Both the position numbers and the translations under genes were made by a program. Positions 43,201 through 55,692 of a stretch of DNA of 64,000 nucleotides are shown here, one piece after another. The notes below the pieces were generated by a model. The model had not been told where the DNA came from. It ran no database searches and saw only the letters and a program-made list of their open reading frames with translations. The DNA is from Piromyces finnis finn (Eukaryota; Fungi; Neocallimastigomycota). The first letter of the stretch is position 1. Each line of letters starts with the position of its first letter. The stretch covers positions 248,001 to 312,000 of the forward strand of contig MCFH01000019.1 in NCBI GenBank assembly GCA_002104945.1. Reading direction: 5' to 3'.

Positions 43201-44309
43201 ATATTAGCTTGGGATACTTTCTTTTGGTTAGGTGGTATGATTGTCATGGCAAATCAATTATCTGAAGTTGGAATTTCTGCTTTAATTGGTGACTACATTG
43301 CTACATTTATTGAAAAAATACAAATTTATCCAGCTCAAGTATTTTTATTATTCACCTTTTACTTTATCACTATGATTTTCTTTTCATCTGTGGTACGTAT
43401 TCTGTTTTTTTTTTTTTTTTAATACTTAAATATTTTATTATTATTATTTTTTTAATCTTAAAAAAAAATCAATATACACTCTATATAAATTTAAATTTAA
43501 AAGACTGGACACGTTATCGCATTTGCTGGTAAGTTAAAAAAAAAAAAAAGAATTAAATTATTTTCTAAAAGGATTAATAGAATAATAGTATAATAGTATA
43601 ATATATAATATGTCTATACACGATATTTAATCATTTTTTATAATTTTATATTTATTATTTAAAAAATGATTTTAAAGGTCCATTTATGAATGCTGCCGAA
43701 AAATTAAATATTCCAAAAGGATTAACAGTCGCCTTTTTAGCCTACTATACTTTACTTTGTGCTTCTTTGGTATGTAGATGCTTTTTTTTTTTTTTTAATA
43801 ATAATAATAATAATAATAATTTTTTTTAAAATATACATAAATATATATATATATAATTAATACTTTTTTATTTTTTAAAAAAAAAAAAAAAAAAACTATT
43901 AAACTCTTTAAATGTAAAGACCCATTATTCTTGTGGTTCAACGGTTATGTATTATAGTAAGTAGAATGCATAATTAAATCGTTTTTTTTTTCCTTAAACA
44001 TAATATCGATTAATAAATATATAAATATTTCATATTCTTTAATAGGTAAAAGCCATATTAAGACTAAACGTTTTATGACTGTTGGTTTCATTATTGGTTT
44101 TATTACTATCGGTGTTTATTCAACAATAGGTAGTTTTTGGTGGAGAATTATTGGGTATGTTAGAAATTAAGTTATATAATATATCAAGAAACAATGAATA
44201 TATTTTTTATTCGATTATTAATTTATTTAAAAAATGAATTCTCAATTTAAAAACTAATACAATGCAAAAATTTTTTTACCTATTTATTAATTAATCTAGA
44301 TGGTATTAA
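40292..44309 (+). CDS. DASS family anion transporter, CitT/YflS/plastid DiT type, many exons
   Basis: ATG at 40292. Spliced motifs LSGFADPINWLVFFAYQIG, NTGFGKRV, ELVLAPFIPSNVARGGCIVLPII, YLTGSASNP, TFMKWLIGSIVPG, MTWDNILTNKKAWDTFFWLGG, FFSSVTGHVIA, THYSCGS and WWRIIGWY-stop (last mini-exon 44300-44309). If the last intron is retained the frame ends at 44170. Confidence 0.88.
41232..41742 (+). repeat. Intronic compound minisatellite: 12 units of (TTA)n-CTCTAA-(TTC)n
   Basis: Twelve CTCTAAT cores counted between 41270 and 41714, inside the DASS intron 41184-41750. Confidence 0.95.
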
Positions 44310-44625
44310 AAACCTATTCTTCCCTATTTCTGTCTAATGTTTAAAAAAAAAAAAAAAAAAAAGATATACCAAAAACCAAATATTTAATAATAATAAAAAT
44401 AATATTTAAAATTCAATATATATATATATATATAATATTAGATAATAAAATAACATAATAATTAATAATATACTATTTTCATGTACAAAGCATCATAGAG
44501 ATTAAATATTTAATTGTAATAATAAAAAAGTAAATAATTTTATATAAAAAAACATATTAATAATTTGTAAAAATAATAATAATATTTAATAAAGCATTTA
44601 TTTATTTTTATCAAAAAGATTATAT

Positions 44626-44657
<32 letters not shown>

Positions 44658-46163
44658 CATGTAAAATAGGGTATAATGTTATAAAACTACTTTTGATTTT
44701 TTTTTTTTAAAAAAAAAGTATTTATACCCATTAATTATTAGGTTAAGAAAAGGTATAAAGGAATTGGTATTATGACATCCCTATACAAAATACAATATAA
44801 CTATAAAGGGATAATGATGAGGAGTGAAGATAATTTTCTTTCTTAAAAAGAGTTACTTTTTTTTTTTTTTTTTTTGAAAAAGATGAATTTTCCTATTTCA
44901 TAGAGTGTAAGTCTTTAAAGACTAACCATTAAAGGTACTTTTTTTTTTTTATTTCATAAATTCAATAATAAACTTATCATTATGAACCAAGAACATCGAT
45001 GTTACATCAATCATCTATCTAATACATAGAATTGAAAGTTAAACTTTCCTTATGGACATGTAGGCAATATATTTTATTATAATGGAAGATGTAAACCTTC
45101 AACCTTTTCTTTTCTTATTAATAATAAATAATAAAATGATTAGTCTTTAGTATAAAAGTAATAACTATTTTAAAAGTGTACTATACTTTTTTTTTTTTAC
45201 TTTCTACTTCCGAGGTTTATAAAAGTCCTTTTTCATTATTTAAAAAAGTTTTTGTTTTATTTTTTAATTTATTTGAATTAATGAAATATATATTGTAATA
45301 TATTGTAATATATATGATTAAAATTTTGTTTTCTGTATTTTTTTTTTTTTGATAGTAAAAAACGGGAAAAAAAAATTAAACTTTTTAAATATAAAAAAAA
45401 TATAATTAAAAAAAAAAAAAAAAAAAAAAAGGCAACATTCCATCCCTTTTTTAAAATCTTTTTTTTTTAAAGATTTATATATTTATTGTTATAGACTTTA
45501 TTTAAAATAAAATATATATTCTCTTTGTAAAATTACGTTTTTTTTTTTAAAAAAAAAATAATCTCTTTATTTGATAATCCATTTATATATACGTATATAT
45601 ATATATGTGAATGGAATTATAGTCTATTACGAATAGAAAATAATAATAATAATAAAACAAAAAAAACAAAAAAAAAAAATATATATATATATATATAGTC
45701 AATATTCATAATCTTCTATATGAAAGTAAACTCTAGATAAATAATAAAAATATATATAAATACAATAATTTAAATTTTCTTTTTCTTTTTAAACTATTAA
45801 AAATTAAATTTATTAAACTATATTATATATATTTTTAAATAATTAAAAAAAAAAAAAAAAAAAGGCAAAGAAAACAGGAAACCTCTTTTTTATTAAATAA
45901 TACAATAAAAAAAAAAAGTTATATCTATGAAAATTCTTTTTAATATTCAATAACATTGACTATTTTTTTTTCAACTTTTTTTCTTTCCTTCTTCTTTATA
46001 TTAATAATAAAGAATAAAAAAGTTGATATTTCATACCTAATTCATACATTTTACCTCTATTTTCTTATTTATACAATTCCTACACACACATACACACGCA
46101 TACACAAATTTTTTAATTTCAATAGTATTAAAGAAAGTTTAAAACAATATTTTATAGGAAATA

Positions 46164-47968
46164 ATGAAGGTAATTTAAAATAGAAAATTCTTTATATCCA
46201 TATATACATAAAATATATATATATCCTATGTACCATTATATTCAAATATAATAAAATTACATTCTCATATTTAACTGTATGAGACTTTTTCTTATTATTA
46301 AAATACTATTACTATTTGGTTAATTGACTTTATTTTTTTTTTATTTTAATCTTTTGGGAAAAAATATATTAAAAAAAAAAAATGTATACTTCATTTAAAA
46401 ATATAGTTTGGTAAGCATATTCAAAAAATTCAAAGAAGAGAATGGTCAAGAAATTATATGTCCTATAAGGGTATTTATTATTAAAATAATTAATAATGAT
46501 TATAGCAACACTATTATTATCCTAGAGAAAAGAAAATATTAAGAATTTTAAAATGTATATCCCTATAATTATCTTCAATAACTATTGCATAAAATCTTTA
46601 CAATGAAAAGACTTGAAAAAGATTATCAATAATATCAATATTTTGGAGGAAGGGAAACCTTCTTACCCTGTCACTATTACTGCACCTAATCCACCGGGCA
46701 CTGATGATAATTTATCAAAAGAAATGACAGATTTAAAAACTTCTTTTTTCTTTAATCTTGAATGTGAATTAGAAAAGGTATAATTCCTTAATATACTATA
46801 ATAAATGTCATATATTAGAAATATAGAATAACAATAATAAATGATAGAGACAATATATTGTTTACAAAAAATCTATTTGGAACTATGATAATAATAATGA
46901 AAAAAAAAATTATTTATTTTATAACTACTTAAATATGTAGGTTAATACATTTTATCTTCAAAAGGAATCAGAATATAAGATAAGACTACAAAATTTAATA
47001 GAAATTAAAACTATTAATCAATCCAAGAAAAATCACATTTCAGATGAATCCCTAATCAATTTAGCTTCCCTTTTTCATTATTTTTTAAACGATGTTACTA
47101 AACTTCAAGTAAATATATAAATATTTCATTTTTCAAATCATAATGAAATTTTAAAAAAAAAAAAATTTGAAATTTAAATATAAATTATTATGTTTCTGTA
47201 ATGCTTAAATTATTATTATTATTGTTATTATTATTTAAATTGCTTCTATTTTTAATGAAATAACCAAAAAATAAAAATAAAAAATAGGAATTTGTTGAAG
47301 TGAATTTTGTTGGTTTTAGAAAAATTCTAAAAAAATGGGATAAACGAACAAAATCGATAACAAAAGATATGTATTTAGCAAGGCAAGTTGAAATTCAACC
47401 ATGTTTTAATCGTACTATTCTTAATGAAATGTCAGAAACAGCCACACATCATTTTAATGAATTAAAACAAAGTATCCCGGAAGAAACAGATATTGATAAT
47501 TTCCCAAGTCAATCGTTAAAATCATCTACACTTGTCGCACCCAAAGATAATTTATTGTATAATTATGAAAGATTAATCGTTCGATTAATTCTTTCTGGTA
47601 AAACCGAAGAAATGAAACAAAATTTACATAAAGCATTACCCCTAATTGAAAATGCTTCCGATGAAGATTTTTATAATAGAGTTTTTTTAAGGTTGTGTAA
47701 GGAATGTAAATATAATGTAATTAATCCCGAATTAACCACTACCAGTACTATCGATAATCCTAATATAAATCTTAATAAAGAAAAGGATAAAAATGAACTT
47801 TTGGAAAGAAAACCTTCTTCATCTTCTTTACAAAATTCTATATCTGGAATTTTTATAAACTCATCGTTAAATAAATCTTCTCTTGTAAATGTAAGTTTGC
47901 AAAAAAAAAAAAAAAAAAAAAAAAAAAATTATAAAAAAAAGCAAATAATAACAAATATATATTAAAGC

Positions 47969-48011
<43 letters not shown>

Positions 48012-51000
48012 AAAACAGCAGATATATATTATTATTTGTATTTATTCTATATATTCTTATACAAATTTTTTTTTTATTATTTTAATATATATCTATACTA
48101 AATAATTACCCTTTTTTTTAAAAAAAAATATTTTATACCAACTTATTTATATAATAGAAAATAAGTATTCAAGATATTTTAAATATTATTAATATATTTA
48201 TCCTTGAAATTCAACCAAGAACCATTAATTTTAATTATTTTGATAAAATTAAACATCAAACCTGTCTTCACTTAACAGCAATCAATAATCAAGTAGAATT
48301 AATGAAATTTTGTGTTGAAAACGGTGCTGATATTTATAAAAATGATATATTTGGTAGAATACCCCTTCATTATGTTGCCATGAATGGTGATATTGAATGT
48401 ACCAATTTCTTTATTCAAGCTTTCAATAATCAAATTTCATCTCCAATATCAGTTAAATCAAATAAATCTGATGATGTTTTTGATGATATTGATCAAGATG
48501 GTTACTCTCCAACCCTCTATGCCATTGTTCGTGGGCATTCATCTTGTTTAAAAATACTTTTAGAAAATTATAAAAGTATAGATTTTACCACATCTCTAAC
48601 AAAATTATATCATCCACTTTCCCTTGCCTGCGAATATGGTCATAAAAATGTTTTATTAACCCTTTTAGAGCATGGTGTGAAAGAAGAAATGAATTCAGAT
48701 GGTCTCTTTCCCCTTCATTTAGCGTGTAGAGAAGGTCATGCTGAAATTGCTAAAATTCTTATTCATCATGGTTCCGATATTAACGGATTAGATAAAGATA
48801 ATGGATGGACACCAATATTTTATTGTTTATCCGATGGTCATATTGATTGTGTTAAAATACTACTGGACTCTGGCTGTAAAACAAATATAAAAGATGAATA
48901 TGGTTGGTATCCATTAACCTATGCTTTATATCATGGCCATATTAAAATCGCCCAACTTTTATCGCCAAATGCAAAATTGATGGAATCTAAAAGTTTTATA
49001 ATGGATCCAGAATCATTAGAAGTTACCTCTTACGATCCTCCTATTTCATCCTCCTCCACAGGAACATCTCACCACCATCATTTTCTTCAAGATTCTATGA
49101 TGGCCATAGACGCCCCAGATAGGAACCATAGGAGCCATAAGAACCTAGCCAAACATAAAATAATTAATGAAGCTATCTATTCTATAAATCCTTCCTCACC
49201 GACGTCCATGGCCACTGTCAATCCAACAAGTACGACGACGGAGAACACGATCAGCACCCCTTCAAATAAATTGAACATTTATCGTGATGAGGATCATGAT
49301 GAGGATGACCATGAAACAACTTCTTTTACTAATGATTATCAACCACAACAACAACAACAACATAATAATAATAATAACAATAATAATAATAAGCGTATTA
49401 AAATAAAAGATACATCATCACTTGGTTTAAACAAGTCAAATTTACCATTAAAATCCGAAAATCTTGATCCAGAAGACGACACCATGTCATTTGTTAAATC
49501 ATGTACAATGAATGATCGAGAACAAACTGAAAATAACCATTCACTAGCAACGGTTAATGATACCTATCATTCCATCATGGAAATCCCTGAAAATTCTCGC
49601 ATTATTCCTATAGCCCCAAGTCATTTATTTTCAGATATTGGTAATGATGAAAATTTAGATATAGATAGTTTACCACCACTTTCCTTACCACCACCCTTGG
49701 TACCATTTAAACTTTATGGTCATAATTATTTACAAAAAAGAATTTATCTTCAAATAAAATTAGAAAATTTTACCGATCCAAATCAATCCCCATTAACGAT
49801 TTATGGAACTCAGAATTTCTGTTCTCTTCGTTTAATTATTCGTACCGATCCAGAATGTAGTATCCCCTATGATATTATTTTACCACAAAAACCGGAAGAT
49901 AAATTAATTACATTTTTTATTGATAAAGATCAAGATGTAAATGTTGAAATTATGGTAGATCGTGCCTTTAGTAATCAATTAATTGGTAAAGCTGTGATTC
50001 TTTCTGAATGTATAAAAAAAATTATTAAAAATGGTCGAGGCGATGGTTCTGATCCTATTGAACAATGTACCGTTTCTTTAATGGATTCTCGTTTACATGT
50101 TATTGGTAAACTTTGCTTGAAAATATTTTCCATTTCTCCATTCTCTCATCCATCTTTAGAAATTGGAGGTAAGGTTCAAACCTATTGGAAATCCACAGCT
50201 ACGACAAAGGTAAATATATAATTTTATTTTTTTTTTTTTTTTCTAAAAAGTTTTTTAAACATCAATACTAAAAAAATAAAGAATTCAATTAACTAACAAT
50301 CCCATACACTATTGTATTAAAATACATATATAATTTCCAAATCTCTATTGAACGGTACACCTTACTATGAATATTATAATATATATATTTATAATATAGC
50401 TTGTAAATAAATCAAATCAAGAAGTTAGTAATCTTTCCTTTATTACCGCCTCTTCTCTTTCTGAAGAATATATGTTATTGCCTATTCAATTAACTAAAGA
50501 TGGTATTCCTGTAGTTTATAGTCAATGGAATATTGAATATCATGGAATGAAATTCAATATTCACGATATTACTTTTGAACAATTTAAATTCTTTGGTGAA
50601 AAGATTACAAGTGAATCATCATCCAGGGATAAAAGCAATACTTTAAAAGATAATTTATTAAAATCCTTTAACTACGAAAGCATTGAAAATTATTCCAATA
50701 TTGAATTAATTAATTTAATTTATAAGTCGTACTTATCCTTGGAAGAAATTTTAAAGGTAAAAAAATATATATATATATATATATATTTACATAGAGATAG
50801 ATAGATAGATGTAGATATAGATAATAAATTTTATGCTTTTAAATAGAATTATAATAAATAGTAACAGATAGTAGAAATAGCATCATATTATTACAATAAT
50901 ACCCATAATTAAATTGTTTTTTTTTAAAAAAAAAAAAAAAAAGAATAGATTTTTAAAAATTTTACAATACTTTTTATATAATAATTTATTTTTATAGACG

Positions 51001-52075
51001 TTATCTCATAGAATAGGATTAAATATTGAAGTTGGCTATCCAACAGAAAGTGTTAGAAATAAATTTAATTTTGAACTTCCATACAACATTAATCAAACTG
51101 TAGATATTCTTTTACAAACTGTATATAATTATGGTGATCAACGAAGTATTATATTTACCTCTTTTAATCCTTATATTTGTACCACTTTGAAATGGAAACA
51201 ACCAAATTGTAAGTATCTCTTTCAAAAAAAAAAAAAAAAAAAAAAAATACCTTGATAAATTATTAATATTTAAAGAATGAATCTTTAAGAAAAAAAAAAA
51301 GTGTTTCAGTGAATATTTTATTAATAAAAAAAACCTTCTAAATAAATACCATTTTTATAATGATCATCAATTTAAAACTATTAATATAATTTTTTTTATT
51401 ATTTATCAATTATACATTACCTCTATATTAATAGATGCAGGTAACTATTAAACATCTTTTTCAAACTATTTTTTTTTTAAAAAAGAAAAAAAAAAAAAAA
51501 AAATTGAAATTAAAAATTTATCTAATTTTTATGAAAAATAAAAATACTTTTTATATCATTATAGTTTTCTTTGGTACTTGTTGTGGATACAAAATTAATT
51601 ATGATCAATATCATTATCCAAATCTATTATATTGTGATAATACAGAGCAAGAAGATATTCAAACAGAAAAAATTTGTTCTTCCTTAAAAGAAGCTATTAC
51701 CTTTGCTAGAGATAATCATTTAATAGGAATATTTTGTGAAGCAACCCCATTGGTAATGATCCCTTTTATCTATGAATGAAATATAAATATTACGAATATT
51801 ACTACTATTAAATATTTAGAATTTTTTGCATTGATTTTCCTTTCTATGTTGAATAATACTGATAATTAATTCAATATTATAATAATCTTTTTTATTTATT
51901 TATACCATTAATTTATTAGATACAAAGACCAATCTTAATTAATACCATTAAAGAAAGTGGACTTTTCCTTACTACTTTTGGTAAATATAATTTTGATCCA
52001 AATGCCATAAAATTACAAGAAAAATTTGGAGTTGATGCTGTGGTTATCAATGGAATAGTAAGAATTTTAAAGTAA
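46164..52075 (+). CDS. PHO81: Pho81-like CDK inhibitor: SPX, ankyrin repeats, degenerate GDPD domain
   Basis: A 6 nt first exon ATGAAG (46164) splices to FGKHIQK...YMSYKGLKKII (SPX), ELEKVNTFYLQKE and NFVGFRKILKKWDKR. Ankyrin repeats include GRIPLHYVA, HPLSLACEYGH, FPLHLACREGH and GWTPIF. C-terminal IQLTKDGIPVVY, IIFTSFNP, WKQPNY and GVDAVV. The exact 3' end is uncertain. Confidence 0.9.
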
Positions 52076-52781
52076 TAAAATGAAAAAAAAAAAAAAAAAA
52101 ATTTTTTTTCTTCATTCCCTCATCACCTTTCCCCTCTGATTCTTCTTCTCGTGAATATGAGATATTCTTTATAACAATAATGATTCCTATCATCTCCCTT
52201 TTTAGTTTTCATTTTTATAAAAGAAACCCTACCAAGACAACATTTTAAAACAAAAAAAAAAAAAAAAAGTAAAAATGAATCACAAAAAGAAATATAAACC
52301 ATAAAACAAGATATAAGAAAATTCAATACTATATATATACACATATTTACCATATAAATATACATCAATAATATAATTATAATAATACAGATTATAGAAA
52401 AAAAAATATCTATTTTAATATACAATTTTTTTTTTTTTTAATTTTTAATATACAAATATACAGATATATACATATTACATATACATATTACATATTACAT
52501 ATACATATTACATATTACACACCTTTTTTATTATTAATACTATTTCCTTTTTTTTTTATTTTCCTTTCCTATCTCTTTAAAATTTTAAAATGTTAAATGT
52601 AATTTTAATTTTTATTTTTATTTTTATTCAAATTATAGACTCATTATCAATACATTAGTAATCAATATATTTGTATTATATGTGTGTATGTATATATATA
52701 AAAAAAGTATACATAATAAAGAATAACTCAATAAATAATTATTTTTTTTATTTTTTTTTATTCCTATCATACCAACAGAAG

Positions 52782-52814
<33 letters not shown>

Positions 52815-54211
52815 AATAAAAAATTAAAAATAAAATTTATCCGTAAAGACTGCCAAGTTTTTTTTTTTTTTGTGAATGTATTTTCCTTTACCCTACCTTT
52901 TTTGTAACAAAGCAGATTTCTTTTTTTATGCATCACCTCAAGTCAAATAAGAATGATGCCTTGGAGACAAATAATTATTAAGTTTTTCTTTAACGAGTAT
53001 CAAATTTACTTTAAGCATTTAAAATATAAAAGTATTTTTTCCTTCCTTTCTTTTTTTTATCTTTCAAAAAAAAAAAAAACATTACAATCAAATCAACTTT
53101 ATAAAATTATTAAAGAAAAATATCATACCTTAAATTAATACTATCCCTTCCTTTTAACCTATATTCTAAGCAAGAAATAAATTAGAATCAATTTTTATAT
53201 ACCCATATATTTATTAAAATTATCTTTATTGTTTGATCCATTATTTCATCATTTAAAAATTTGCTTTTAATAAAATTAAAAAAAAAAAAAAGGAATCATT
53301 ATCAACTATGAAATATAAAATTAGAGGATTCAAGGTAATATTAATAGTAATTAAAAAAAAAAAATGTTAAAATTTATTATTAAAAGTCATTATAAAACCT
53401 CTTTTTTTTTTTTTGACTTTTAAATAACTACATTCAACTGCCTTTTTTTTTTTTTAATTATTTTCATAATTTTTCCTTTTTAAATTAAAAATTAATTAAA
53501 TAATTTTTGTAATATAGTACATATATTATTATATTATTAAATAATTAAATATATTAAAATCAATATATTTTACATTTTTAATATACATCAAATTAAATAG
53601 AAAAATTTAATTTATTCTCAAACATAAAAAATATTAAATAGAATATTCTACTGTTCTATCATCTAACTTTATAATTTTTAAAATTTTGATATCTTGCTGT
53701 TTTTCATTCCTTTCTTTTTTACATAGATGAATAATACGTTGGCTTAGGTAAGGTTATTAAATATCCATCTACATGTACAAATACACTTAAGGCTATAAAA
53801 AAATAAAGGCTATTCAATAATATATAATAAAAAAAATTTTTTTAAAACAATTTAATGGTTTTGTTCATTAATTTTGTTGTTTTAAGATAATAAAAAAGTA
53901 TCCAATCAATGTTTATCATATGTATTACTTTCTTTTCTTGGCTTTTGATGAAAGTTGAATCATTCATTTTTATATAATAATTAATAAATATATAAATGAA
54001 TGAATAAATGAATTAATTAAAAACTGAAAAAGTATAAAAGATCGAAAAAGACAGCAAAAGTTTTTTTTCTTCAAAAAACAAAAAAAAAAAAAAACGCGTC
54101 TCATTACATCAAAACTTAATTTATTATAAAAAATATATTTATATTTTTAAAATCCTTTTTTTTTTTAAATAAATAATTAATTATATAAAAACAAAGCAAA
54201 AAATAACAAAA

Positions 54212-54931
54212 ATGAAATTTTTAAATTTATTCCTTGTATTTACTATTTTATCTATCAAGTTAACTTATGCTTTAACTTGTGAAGAAGCAAAAAATATCTT
54301 AAATATGGAATGGAATGAAGATTGTTGTGATTTACAACAGTTTATTTGTGATGATGAAAAAGAGAATATCCTATCGATGTAAATATTTTATAAATTTATT
54401 TATATATATATTATATAATATATTATATATATTGAAAGTTGTAATATTTACTTAATAACTAATTATATATCATTTTTTTAAACTTTTTTTATTAGTGATA
54501 TTTTATCTCTTCAAGAATACCAAAAAAATAATGAAATTGAAAATGAAGATGAAACCGATAAAAAGCTTTATGCAAGAAAATCTAGATCAAGTTCACGTTC
54601 AAGAAAAGCAAGAAAAGCAAAAAAAATAAAAAACACTCGCAAAAGTTTAGGTTTAGCAGATAATGAAGATTGCTATGTATCAAAGCAAACAAGTGGCGAA
54701 TGTTTAGCTTCTTGTGGAAATTTAAATGGAGATTTAAAGACACAATGTGAAAATACATGTAATGATACTCTTAAAAAAAGTGAAGAATGTAGAAATGCAT
54801 GCAAAGATATTGATTCAATAACTGGAAAATGCAAAGAATATAGGGATGATTACAGTGGTGCTTCCAATATAAAAATGAATACATTTTTATGGGTTATTGT
54901 CCTTACTCTTCTTTTAAAATTATTATATTAA
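54212..54931 (+). CDS. Small secreted, probably GPI-anchored Cys-rich protein, about 200 aa, 2 exons (absent from the ORF track)
   Basis: Exons 54212-54378 and 54496-54931 splice in frame. Signal peptide MKFLNLFLVFTILSIKLTYA, a DCC...ICD module, a basic RKSRSSSRSRKARKAKK tract, an 8-Cys module, then SGA and a hydrophobic C-terminal tail (FLWVIVLTLLLKLLY). Confidence 0.8.
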
Positions 54932-55530
54932 TAAATTGATTCAATTTGTTTATATAAATAATTTTATTTTTCTCTACTTTTTATGTGCTATTATTATTTT
55001 TATTTTACATTCTTTAAATATCTTTTTTTTTAGAAAAAAATACAAATTATAAATTTTATTTTTTACACATTCATCTTAAAGAATATTTTATATTAATGTT
55101 ATATACACATATTCATTAAAAATACACGTTTTCCTTTTTATTATTTTTATTATTCTTTTTTTTAAAAAAAAAATTTTTTTTTTTTAAATCAATATCGTCG
55201 TCGTCACAAAACACATTTTATAATTATTTATTTAAAAAAAAAAAATGCAAAATAAATTGCAAATTAAAAATTAAAAAAAAAAAAAAAAAAAAAAAATAAC
55301 AAAAAATAAAATAAATCGTAAGTCATTTAAATCAAAAAGAAAAAAAAAATTACAAGTCTTTTTTATTAAATTTTGTTTCTTTAATCTTTTATTTAAAAAA
55401 AAAAATTAAAATTTAAAATAGAATTGAATGATGTGTTGTAATTGTAGTTTGTTTGTTTGTTTTTTAAATATATAAAAAAAGATATAACTTAACATACTGA
55501 TAGAATCTCAAAGTATCGTGCAATGGATGT

Positions 55531-55692
55531 TCAGAAATTTTATTCTCTTTTAAGAGCTTCCTCACTAACAATTGTGTTCCTATTGGCTTAAAAAATATAG
55601 TAACTCATTCCTATATTTTAAGCAAAGTCTCTTATTATGCTCCTTTACTTGGTTCCAACAAAAATAGAACTAGAAGAGTCCAATCTCTTATT
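55531..55692 (+). mobile_element. Fragment of a diverged LINE (post-RT region) abutting the main element
   Basis: Frame 55531+ reads LFSFKSFLTNNCVPIGLKNIVTHSYILSKVSYYAPLLGSNKNRTRRVQSLI, which aligns by eye to LFSVSKFLRNPNILIPFKKLVLNSQVISRVSYFAPLLGSNKVRSRIAQKHV in ORF 56875..58245. Confidence 0.8.

Noticed and set aside
44900-45120. Short palindromes (GATGTTACATC, GAAAGTTAAACTTTC) downstream of the DASS gene
   Set aside because: Stems of 5-7 bp are expected by chance at this base composition; no recognisable ncRNA boxes.
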